DNA of 39,497 nucleotides, from sequence record MK903277.1. One strand, written 5' to 3'. How positions within the stretch are numbered: position 1 is the first letter of the stretch; every line of letters starts with the position of its first letter. Origin of the DNA: Escherichia phage Pisces. The notes beneath the pieces are model-generated. The model worked only from the letters and a program-made list of their open reading frames with translations. It was not told where the DNA came from and made no database searches. Positions 1 through 7,334 of this stretch are shown piece by piece. The position numbers and the translations under genes were made by a program.

Positions 1-180
1 TCTCACAGTTCAAGAACCTCAAGTCTCCCCCATAGGCCTCTTTCAGTCAGACCAAAGGCCACCACCCCAGTGACCAAAGGTCAAACCTCAAGTCTTTGAC
101 CCAAGGTTGGCCCAAAGTCTGGACCGATAGGGCCTATATCTAGTGGTCAAGACCCAAGGTTAGGACTATATGTTGTGTCC
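1..180 (+). other. Genome left-end region (T7-type terminus, possible terminal repeat copy)
   Basis: Begins TCTCACAG as the T7 left end does; rich in short CAAGGT/CAAGTC motifs; no second copy at the right end of the window, so terminal-repeat length cannot be verified. Confidence 0.4.
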
Positions 181-201
181 CTGAGTCTCTATCTGTATCA
201 G

Positions 202-253
202 CCTCAAGTCATCACCTCAAGTCATCACCTCAAGTCATCACCTACAGTCTCAG
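202..253 (+). repeat. Tandem 13-bp repeat CCTCAAGTCATCA x3 plus a degenerate fourth unit
   Basis: Three perfect direct units at 202-214, 215-227 and 228-240, then CCTACAGTCTCAG; analogous in position to the T7 post-terminal-repeat CCTAAAG repeat array. Confidence 0.8.
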
Positions 254-527
254 ACCATCGGTAAAGCCATCACCTACAGTCAAAGACCTACGGTCCGGTA
301 GACACTCAGATTGACCTATCGTTTATCAGAGACCTTAGGTCTAGTCTCACAGGTTATCGTTATAGTCTCTATTTAGCAGTCAGGGAGACTATCAGTCTGA
401 CTAGGGTTATTGTTGGTGTCTACCAACTGGACTCTTATTATCCATAGTCAGGGCTTAAAGTCAATCATCTGTAGTCGTTATTGGTCTACCTTATATAGTC
501 ACTGGACTACTGTATAAATTAACACTA

Positions 528-557
528 TTGACGTTTAGTCTGACCTATGAGACTATA
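528..557 (+). promoter_or_regulatory. Host sigma70-type early promoter (T7 A1-like)
   Basis: TTGACG (528-533), 17-nt spacer, GACTAT (551-556); sequence and spacing closely parallel T7 A1 TTGACT-17-GATACT as I recall it. Confidence 0.6.
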
Positions 558-676
558 GCTTCCGTCAACACGACACGGCAAACACCGGATAGTAGCGACA
601 CCGGGTCACACGGTTAAGTAGACAGCCTGATAAGTCATACGAACAACAGGCAGTGACGAGAAGTGAAACAAAACGC

Positions 677-706
677 TTGACAAGATGTACCGGCTTAACG
701 TAGTAT
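677..706 (+). promoter_or_regulatory. Host sigma70-type early promoter (T7 A3-like)
   Basis: TTGACA (677-682), 17-18 nt spacer, TAGTAT, followed by GTACCACAT as in T7 A3; flanking GTGAAACAAAACG also conserved. Confidence 0.55.
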
Positions 707-832
707 GTACCACATCGAAACAACGGTGAGGCCCAACACTGAAACGGGATAGCGAGGCGACGACAGCTAAGCGAATGCTCTTTAACAATCTGGATAACTC
801 TTAATGTGCGCCGATAGTAAGCGATTAACTAC

Positions 833-900
833 AGGGCCTTGAGTCTACCGCGAGACGGGCTTGACTTGAGCGACTCAGGGTCCTGACTGATAGTCACTTA
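833..900 (+). promoter_or_regulatory. Leader hairpin / putative RNase III processing site upstream of gene 0.3
   Basis: Imperfect inverted repeat GGGCCTTGAGTC...GACTCAGGGTCC, followed by CCTGACTGATAGTCACTTAA, a 20-nt element repeated at 1807-1826. Confidence 0.35.
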
Positions 901-921
901 ACCAACTAAAGGATAAACATC

Positions 922-1386
922 ATGATTTACACTAATGAACAAGCTAACGTATTCTACGTGTATCTGACCGCATATCGCAGCATTAACCTGTACGCAATCA
1001 ACGAGATACTCACCAAAGAGATGGCCGCACGTATCAAGAAACATCCGGGCTTCTACGGGTCTCTCATCAATCAGAACGTTGAGGGCTGCTACCATGAGGC
1101 TGGCGTAGGTCTGCCGAGCGTAGAGCGCACACTGGTAGTTAAATGCACTAAGCTGTCACAGGTCGCTGAGCTGACACGTCTGGCTTGCGAGGACTACGAC
1201 CAAGACGCAGTGTTGCAAGTTAACTCTCAGACTCATACGGCGATACTCAATAGCCTTGAGACGGTGGGCGAATACCCTCAGTCTTACAAGCGCATCAAAG
1301 AGGAGACCATAGGCACCTTCACTAAGCAAGACACCGGGTCTGAGATGTACAGCATCGTCAACGGTGAACGCTGGGAGGTGGCCTAA
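922..1386 (+). CDS. S-adenosyl-L-methionine hydrolase (T3 gene 0.3-type anti-restriction protein)
   Basis: 154 aa; N-terminus MIYTNEQANVFYV and internal blocks (GCYHEA, LACEDYDQD, QTHTA) resemble T3 SAMase as I recall it; first gene after early promoters; SD AAAGGA. Confidence 0.65.
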   Translation: MIYTNEQANVFYVYLTAYRSINLYAINEILTKEMAARIKKHPGFYGSLINQNVEGCYHEAGVGLPSVERTLVVKCTKLSQVAELTRLACEDYDQDAVLQVNSQTHTAILNSLETVGEYPQSYKRIKEETIGTFTKQDTGSEMYSIVNGERWEVA

Positions 1387-1455
1387 TGTCCTACGAACAG
1401 TGGGAAGACGGAATGTATTACTTAGAGTGGCTGTATCGAAACGCGAGAGGGTAAC

Positions 1456-1776
1456 ATGATTGCATATAAAATCTTCAGAATCCGTAAGGATGGGACGCTG
1501 GGCGCTTTATTCATCAACCGTAAGGCGGTGATTGAGATAGGCGAGTGGTATGAGGCTGAAAGTCATCCGACTAAGGGTTTCGCCTATCGTCCGGGCTGGC
1601 ACTGTACCTTTGAGCAGAATGCACCGCATCTCAAGCTAGACCTGAAGTCTGGTGAGCGCCGGGCATGGTTTAAGGTCGAGGTGGAGGATATAACCACGTA
1701 TGACAGGCCTGAGTCTCAAGGTGGGGCGTGGGTACTGGCTCAGCGTCTCCGGGTACTAGAGCAAGTCTCAGAGTGA
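1456..1776 (+). CDS. Hypothetical early protein (106 aa)
   Basis: ORF with SD GAGAGGGT 3 nt upstream of ATG; occupies the gene 0.4-0.6 position; no recognisable motif. Confidence 0.5.
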   Translation: MIAYKIFRIRKDGTLGALFINRKAVIEIGEWYEAESHPTKGFAYRPGWHCTFEQNAPHLKLDLKSGERRAWFKVEVEDITTYDRPESQGGAWVLAQRLRVLEQVSE

Positions 1777-1788
1777 TAGACTACAGGT

Positions 1789-1826
1789 CTCTTGAGCGAG
1801 AGGCCTGACTGATTGTCACTTAATCA
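1789..1826 (+). promoter_or_regulatory. Leader hairpin / putative RNase III site upstream of gene 0.7
   Basis: CAGGTCTC...GAGAGGCCTG inverted repeat, followed by CCTGACTGATTGTCACTTAA (near-identical to 881-900). Confidence 0.35.
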
Positions 1827-1843
1827 CATAAGGAAACAACTGT

Positions 1844-2578
1844 ATGAACGCACACGATAAAGTAATCATGAACAACCTGATGTCTCAGCTTCACGCTATC
1901 ATCTGCGAGGAGTGCTACAAGATTGAGGACTCAAGCGCTGGGATTGCAGGTCAACCGCGCTGGGGAGCCTTCGAGATACTGGCTAAAGAGCATGGCTACA
2001 AGCTGTTAGGTCTGGGACACTTCGCCGCTGCCTTTGAGCATGAGGACCTGCCGGGCTACGCTATCAAGGTGGGCTTTAAGAAGGACGACTCAGGCGCTGC
2101 ATATGCGGCCTTCTGCCGAGAGAATGAAGGTCTGCCGGGACTGCCAGTCATTCATCTGGTCAAGCGCTTCAGCAGGGCCTACATGGTGGCTATGGATAAA
2201 TACCGCTCACTGAATGACATCGGCGGGAACTACTGCCGGGAGGGTGCAACCTACGAACAGCGAGTCTTAAACGTGTCGTGGCGTGTAGTCAACGCGATAA
2301 TAGACCAGTGCGAGCAACCATCTGAAGCGCTAAGCTGGTGGCTGGACCAAGATGCGCGGGCTGAGTTTGCACACGTCGAGACTCAGTACATCAAAGACCT
2401 TGCGCAGACTGCTAAGAAGATTAACAGCTTCTTCTACGGGCTGGCATCATTCGACACTCACCGCGCTAACGTGATGGTCGATAACAACGGGCGACTGATA
2501 ATCACTGACCCGGTGTCTTGGACCGCAAGCGACCATCAAGACGAGATGCAGGGTAAACTGAATGCAATAGCCGAGTGA
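1844..2578 (+). CDS. Gene 0.7-like serine/threonine protein kinase, kinase domain only
   Basis: 244 aa; block AIKVGFKKDDSGAAYAAFCR matches T7 gp0.7 [26 protein letters not shown] motif conserved; lacks the roughly 115-aa C-terminal host shut-off part present in T7. Confidence 0.8.
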   Translation: MNAHDKVIMNNLMSQLHAIICEECYKIEDSSAGIAGQPRWGAFEILAKEHGYKLLGLGHFAAAFEHEDLPGYAIKVGFKKDDSGAAYAAFCRENEGLPGLPVIHLVKRFSRAYMVAMDKYRSLNDIGGNYCREGATYEQRVLNVSWRVVNAIIDQCEQPSEALSWWLDQDARAEFAHVETQYIKDLAQTAKKINSFFYGLASFDTHRANVMVDNNGRLIITDPVSWTASDHQDEMQGKLNAIAE

Positions 2579-2732
2579 TAGGCGAGAGGCCACTACATCT
2601 AGTGGTCTCAAAGATTATTACTCACAACATATAGAGGTGAACTATGAACATTGGTTACTGGGTGTGCCTTACTCCGGTCATCTTTCTGATAGCTTTCGGT
2701 CTTCTGGATGCAATCAAGAGAGGGTCTTTCTA

Positions 2733-2927
2733 ATGGCTTGGGCACTTCTGGTCATCGGCTACGGGTTAATACTCGCAGTCATCACGAAAGACATCATCAA
2801 GGCACGTAAAGTCTACCGCTTCCAGTATGTATCACTGGGCCGCTGGACTGTAAGGCAACCAAACGGACGCTTTATGCGCAACCTCGCAAACGTCTGGGAT
2901 ATAGCAACATTAGGGAGTAAACTGTAA
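2733..2927 (+). CDS. Small membrane protein (64 aa)
   Basis: ATG at 2733 overlaps upstream stop (TAATG); N-terminal hydrophobic helix WALLVIGYGLILAVI followed by a basic tail; the ORF track's GTG start at 2637 is less likely. Confidence 0.4.
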   Translation: MAWALLVIGYGLILAVITKDIIKARKVYRFQYVSLGRWTVRQPNGRFMRNLANVWDIATLGSKL

Positions 2928-3253
2928 TGAGCAAATCTTATGGCATCAACTTGGTTCACGCACTAGACGCCGACCTCAATCTGCTTTCATCACTGGCTAC
3001 AGGCTACCGACACGGGACCTCACGTCACACCGTTCGTCAACAGCAGGAGCGCGACCGGGTACTGCAAGCAAGACTCCGGGCCGAGGGCAATAAGGCCGAG
3101 CTGATGTGTCTGGCCTACGGTGGGCGACCACGCACTGACGATGGTAAACTTCTGGTCTCAGGCTGGAGGGCGATAGACCAGCGGTCAGACATCAAGCACA
3201 CGACCAAAGGTGACTTCAGTCATCTCCACGCTAACCCACTGATATGCAAGTAG
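2927..3253 (+). CDS. Hypothetical basic protein (108 aa)
   Basis: ATG overlaps previous stop (TAATG), SD AGGGAG upstream; Arg/Gln-rich; immediately upstream of the RNA polymerase gene. Confidence 0.5.
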   Translation: MSKSYGINLVHALDADLNLLSSLATGYRHGTSRHTVRQQQERDRVLQARLRAEGNKAELMCLAYGGRPRTDDGKLLVSGWRAIDQRSDIKHTTKGDFSHLHANPLICK

Positions 3254-3260
3254 TTTGGAC

Positions 3261-3330
3261 TAAACTATCACTAAAGGACTCAAGGTCGAAAGACTCTAAG
3301 TCAGGACTGAAGTGAAAGACTTTAGTGATA
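3261..3330 (+). promoter_or_regulatory. Promoter-like element inside a long hairpin upstream of the RNAP gene (R1-like processing site)
   Basis: TAAACTATCACTAAAGG (3261-3277) differs from the phage promoter consensus at -2; TATCACTAAAG (3266-3276) is the exact reverse complement of CTTTAGTGATA (3319-3329). Confidence 0.4.
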
Positions 3331-3356
3331 AGACAACAGTTATAAGGACTTTAAGT

Positions 3357-6038
3357 ATGAGCGTCATCTCAATTGACAAGCACGACTTCTCTGATGTGTC
3401 GAATGCAATCGAGCCATTCAACGTACTGGCTGACCACTACGGTCAGGACCTAGCAGTAAAACAGCTTCAGCTTGAGCATGAGGCGTACACTGAAGGCGAG
3501 CGACGTTTCATCAAGAACCTTGAGCGCCAAGCTGAGCGCGGGGAGCTGGCAGACAATCAGGTCGCCAAGCCACTGATGCAAACTCTGGTCCCGACCATCG
3601 CCAAGGCTGTTCGTGAGTGGCACGAAGGCCCGGACGGTAAGTCCTCGACCTCTCGCCCAAGCGTAGCGTTTACCATGCTGAGCACTGACGAGAAGGCTGT
3701 CAAAGACCGCTCTCTGCGAATCTCTGCTGAGTCTGCTGCGGTCATCATACTGAAAGTCATCCTCAGCAAGCTGGTCAAGCCTGAGGGAATCCCGATAACG
3801 CCGATGGCCTCCGCGATTGGTCGCACACTTGAAGATGAAATCCGCTTCGGTCGCATCCGTGAGCAGGAGCAGGAGCACTTCAAGAAGACCATAGCTGAGA
3901 ACCTGAAGAAACGTGCAGGAGCAAGCTACAAGAAAGCCTACATGCAAGCGGTCGAAGCCTCCATGCTGGAGCAAGGGAAACTGGCTGACGCTTGGGGGAC
4001 TTGGAGTCCGACCGAGGCGGTACACGTAGGCATCAAGATGCTGGAGCTGGTCATCCAGTCCTCGCAACTGGTCGAACTGAAGCGCTACGGTGCAGGTAAC
4101 GCTGCGGCAGACGTCGAGATGGTCCACCTGTCAGACTTCTGGGTCAAGAAGATGTCGCAACGTGGCTTCTCACTGGCTGGCATCGCTCCGGTCTACCAAC
4201 CTTGCGTCGTTCCACCTAAGCCGTGGACCGGGGTCGTGGGTGGTGGGTACTGGGCTAAGGGCCGAAGACCTCTCCCGCTGATTCGCTTAGGGTCCAAGGC
4301 TGCGGTCCAGCGCTACGAAGACGTGTACATGCCCGAAGTCTACGAGGCAGTGAATATCATCCAGCAGACACCTTGGAAGGTGAACAAGAAGGTGCTGGAC
4401 GTGGTGAACATGGTCGAGAAGCTGAACAACACGCCTATCGCTGACATCCCTCAGATGGAACCGATGAAGCCTGAAGACTATGCAGGTGAGACCGAGGAAG
4501 AACTCAAAGCGTGGAAGAAAGCCGCTGCTGGTATCTATCGACGCGAGAAGGCCCGACAGTCCCGCCGTTTGTCCCTGAGCTTCATCGTCGGACAGGCGAA
4601 CAAGTTCTCTCAGTTCAAGGCCATCTGGTTCCCATACAACATGGACTGGCGCGGTCGAGTCTATGCGGTCCCGATGTTCAACCCTCAGGGTAACGACATG
4701 CAGAAGGGTCTGCTGACTCTGGCAGTAGGCAAGCCAATCGGTGCGGATGGCTTCAAGTGGCTGAAGGTCCACGGTGCAAACTGCGCTGGTGTCGATAAAG
4801 TCACCTTCGAGGAGCGCATCAAGTGGGTCGAAGACAACCACGACAACATCCTCGCGGCTGCTAAGAGTCCGATGGATAGCATTGACTGGTGGGGTCAGTT
4901 AGACTCTCCGTTCTGCTTCCTCGCGTTCTGCTTCGAGTATGCTGGAGTCATGCACCACGGGCTGAGCTACTCCTGCTCACTGCCTATCGCGTTCGATGGG
5001 TCCTGCTCTGGGATTCAGCACTTCAGCGCGATGCTTCGTGACCACGTTGGTGGACATGCGGTCAACCTGACGCCAAGCGGTAAGGTCCAAGACATCTACC
5101 GCATTGTGTCCGACCGGGTGGAAGAACAGCTTAAGGAGCTGCTGGTCAACGGTAGTGACAACGAAGTCAAGACCTTCGAGGACAAGAAGACGGGCGAGAT
5201 TACTGAACGTCTGGTCCTTGGAACTCGCGAGCTGGCCCGTCAGTGGCTGACCTACGGGATGTCACGCTCGGTCACTAAACGCTCGGTCATGACTCTGGCC
5301 TATGGGTCGAAGGAATACGGGTTCGCGGACCAAGTGTTTGAGGACACCGTGATGCCAGCGATTGACAGCGGCAAGGGCGCGATGTTCACGGACCCAAGCC
5401 AAGCGTCACGCTTCATGGCTAAGATGATTTGGGATGCGGTAAGCGTGACCGTAGTTGCTGCGGTAGACGCGATGAAGTGGCTGCAAGGCGCTGCTAAACT
5501 GCTGGCTGCTGAGGTCAAGGACAAGAAGACCAAAGAGGTCCTGAAGCCTTGCCTCCCGGTTCACTGGGTCACACCTGATGGCTTCCCGGTCTGGCAGGAG
5601 TACCGCAAGAAAGACACCACACGCCTGAACCTCCTATTCCTTGGGTCGTTCAACCTGCAACCGACAGTCAACAAAGGGTCGAAGAAAGAGCTGGACAAGC
5701 ACAAGCAGGAGTCCGGCATCAGTCCTAACTTCGTACACTCACAGGATGGCAGTCACCTGAGGAAGACTGTAGTCCACACCCACCGCAAGTACGGCGTGAT
5801 GTCCTTCGCAGTGATTCACGATAGCTTCGGGACCATCCCGGCTGACGCTGAGTTCCTGTTCAAAGGCGTCCGTGAGACGATGGTTGAGACCTACCGCGAC
5901 AACGATGTGCTGCAAGACTTCTACGAGCAGTTCGCGGACCAGCTTCACGAGAGCCAGCGCGATAAGTTGCCTGAGCTGCCGAAGCGCGGTAAACTGAACA
6001 TTGAAGACATTCTGTTATCTGACTTTGCATTCGCCTGA
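3357..6038 (+). CDS. Single-subunit DNA-directed RNA polymerase (T7 gene 1 homologue)
   Basis: 893 aa from ATG 3357 (the ORF track's 3312 start is probably too early); strong collinear similarity to T7 RNAP including the specificity-loop region and C-terminal FAFA. Confidence 0.95.
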   Translation: MSVISIDKHDFSDVSNAIEPFNVLADHYGQDLAVKQLQLEHEAYTEGERRFIKNLERQAERGELADNQVAKPLMQTLVPTIAKAVREWHEGPDGKSSTSRPSVAFTMLSTDEKAVKDRSLRISAESAAVIILKVILSKLVKPEGIPITPMASAIGRTLEDEIRFGRIREQEQEHFKKTIAENLKKRAGASYKKAYMQAVEASMLEQGKLADAWGTWSPTEAVHVGIKMLELVIQSSQLVELKRYGAGNAAADVEMVHLSDFWVKKMSQRGFSLAGIAPVYQPCVVPPKPWTGVVGGGYWAKGRRPLPLIRLGSKAAVQRYEDVYMPEVYEAVNIIQQTPWKVNKKVLDVVNMVEKLNNTPIADIPQMEPMKPEDYAGETEEELKAWKKAAAGIYRREKARQSRRLSLSFIVGQANKFSQFKAIWFPYNMDWRGRVYAVPMFNPQGNDMQKGLLTLAVGKPIGADGFKWLKVHGANCAGVDKVTFEERIKWVEDNHDNILAAAKSPMDSIDWWGQLDSPFCFLAFCFEYAGVMHHGLSYSCSLPIAFDGSCSGIQHFSAMLRDHVGGHAVNLTPSGKVQDIYRIVSDRVEEQLKELLVNGSDNEVKTFEDKKTGEITERLVLGTRELARQWLTYGMSRSVTKRSVMTLAYGSKEYGFADQVFEDTVMPAIDSGKGAMFTDPSQASRFMAKMIWDAVSVTVVAAVDAMKWLQGAAKLLAAEVKDKKTKEVLKPCLPVHWVTPDGFPVWQEYRKKDTTRLNLLFLGSFNLQPTVNKGSKKELDKHKQESGISPNFVHSQDGSHLRKTVVHTHRKYGVMSFAVIHDSFGTIPADAEFLFKGVRETMVETYRDNDVLQDFYEQFADQLHESQRDKLPELPKRGKLNIEDILLSDFAFA

Positions 6039-6051
6039 GGAGGCACTAACT

Positions 6052-6252
6052 ATGAAATTCGCACACAAGCAAACTGGCGTTAAAGGCGGTACTCAAATCG
6101 TGACCGTGACCGAGCATAACGGTAAGGGTCTGGTGAAGACTACGGTAATCCCAACCGAGATGTCAAAACAGCTTAATGTTCCCTTCAAATGGCTGGTGCA
6201 GCAGGTCGAACAGGCCCACGAACAGGCCCTAACCGAGGCGGCAACGAAATGA
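6052..6252 (+). CDS. Hypothetical protein (66 aa), T3 gene 1.05 position
   Basis: Strong SD GAGGAGG 8 nt upstream of ATG 6052; the ORF track's start at 6001 lies inside the RNAP gene. Confidence 0.5.
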   Translation: MKFAHKQTGVKGGTQIVTVTEHNGKGLVKTTVIPTEMSKQLNVPFKWLVQQVEQAHEQALTEAATK

Positions 6253-6330
6253 CAGACCTTAAGTGGCTGGGAGTGTGGCTCCTAGCTTTAGCAGTTTACA
6301 CTTTAATCCAACGCAGAAGAGGTTAACCAT

Positions 6331-6798
6331 ATGTTCGGTAAGTCAAAACTTAAAGCACAAATCAAAGAGTTGAGCGTGAAGGCAGCATACTTGGAGCGAG
6401 CCGTAGCGGTCCGGGACAAGGACAACGAGCGGCTGAAGGATAAACTTGCTGAGTCAGAGCGCAAGCGCCTAACGCCACCTGAGCCTGTCACTGTGAAGCG
6501 TATGGTTGGCCTGAAGTTCCGAGCGCTGTTCAATGGTCTCTACCAGCCGACTGAGTTCAAGACCGGGCCGGGACCTTGCGGTAAGACAGTGACTCACTTC
6601 ACCACGAGTCGGACCGAGCGGGAGCTGACCATCCACCAGCACCACACGGATGGCTCGCAGAAGGACTTCGAGTATCGACTGAGCGACATCGACGGTCGCA
6701 TCCAGTATGACTACGAGAACGTGAAGGTCTACGGAGAAGAGGCAGAACGTGAGCGAGCACTTCAGGCGATGGTGCGATTCCGACCTCGCGTCGCCTAA
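6331..6798 (+). CDS. Hypothetical protein with N-terminal coiled-coil (155 aa)
   Basis: SD GAAGAGG upstream; N-terminal 50 aa heptad-like and K/E/R-rich; not present at this position in T7. Confidence 0.5.
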   Translation: MFGKSKLKAQIKELSVKAAYLERAVAVRDKDNERLKDKLAESERKRLTPPEPVTVKRMVGLKFRALFNGLYQPTEFKTGPGPCGKTVTHFTTSRTERELTIHQHHTDGSQKDFEYRLSDIDGRIQYDYENVKVYGEEAERERALQAMVRFRPRVA

Positions 6799-6815
6799 AC
6801 TATCACTATAGGATT
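6796..6815 (+). promoter_or_regulatory. Phage RNAP promoter (phi1.1-like)
   Basis: TAAACTATCACTATAGGATT matches the repeated promoter consensus. Confidence 0.75.
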
Positions 6816-6862
6816 AGACTCAAGGTCATGACTCAAAGTCGTGGCCTTCATGATTAACCCTA
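6816..6862 (+). promoter_or_regulatory. Putative RNase III processing hairpin (R1.1-like)
   Basis: AGACTCAAGGTCATGAC...GTCGTGGCCTTCATGATTAA; imperfect stem with G-U wobbles; one of a four-member motif family. Confidence 0.45.
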
Positions 6863-6886
6863 ACTCATTCAATCAGGAGCTACACC

Positions 6887-7066
6887 ATGTATCAGAACAC
6901 CATTAACTTCGAGCGCATCCGTGAACGTCAGCAGACTGAAGGCTACATTCCTAAGGGCCGCAAGCTGAACAAGCCTAAACGTGGCGGTGGCGTGAAGGGT
7001 GCTTTCCGTAACGCTGAGGGCAAAGACTCTCTGGTCAACCAAGAGAAGTATTTCGTAGGAGCGTAA
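6887..7066 (+). CDS. Gene 1.1-like small basic protein (59 aa)
   Basis: Not in the ORF track (<60 aa); SD AGGAG upstream; GRKLNKPKR resembles T7 gp1.1 GRKLNKTKR. Confidence 0.55.
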   Translation: MYQNTINFERIRERQQTEGYIPKGRKLNKPKRGGGVKGAFRNAEGKDSLVNQEKYFVGA

Positions 7067-7070
7067 GACG

Positions 7071-7334
7071 ATGGGTAGACTTTACGGTGGAAACCTTAAC
7101 GCTTTCAAAGCGGCCTGTAACAGACTGTATCAGTTAGACTTCGCGGTCATAGCTGATGACTGGCGTGATGCACACCTCAGGCAGGAGTGTATGAGACTCA
7201 GGGTCGAAGACCGCGCTGGCAACATATTCGCGCTTGAGACTTTCAGTCACTACGATGAAGACGTTCTGTTCAATACCGCAACCTCATTCCTTAACGGTCT
7301 CGCTGACCAACTCGACACATGGAGCAAAGCATAA
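7071..7334 (+). CDS. Gene 1.2 homologue, inhibitor of host dGTP triphosphohydrolase
   Basis: 87 aa; MGRLYGGNLNAFKAA...DEDVLFN closely parallels T7 gp1.2 MGRLYSGNLAAFKAA...DEDVLFN. Confidence 0.85.
   Translation: MGRLYGGNLNAFKAACNRLYQLDFAVIADDWRDAHLRQECMRLRVEDRAGNIFALETFSHYDEDVLFNTATSFLNGLADQLDTWSKA

Noticed and set aside
202-253. Tandem direct repeats considered as a possible CRISPR array
   Set aside because: Units are 13 bp and contiguous with no spacers; location and form match T7-type terminal-region repeats instead.
2637-2927. 96-aa ORF with GTG start as given in the ORF track
   Set aside because: The GTG has no separate ribosome-binding site, whereas an in-frame ATG at 2733 overlaps the upstream stop (TAATG); an out-of-frame 29-aa ORF from ATG 2644 with a strong SD better explains the upstream part.
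3450-4841. Minus-strand ORFs of 225, 111 and 184 aa inside the RNA polymerase gene
   Set aside because: Antisense shadows of the polymerase coding sequence; low-complexity Leu/Arg/Ser-rich translations and no start signals.
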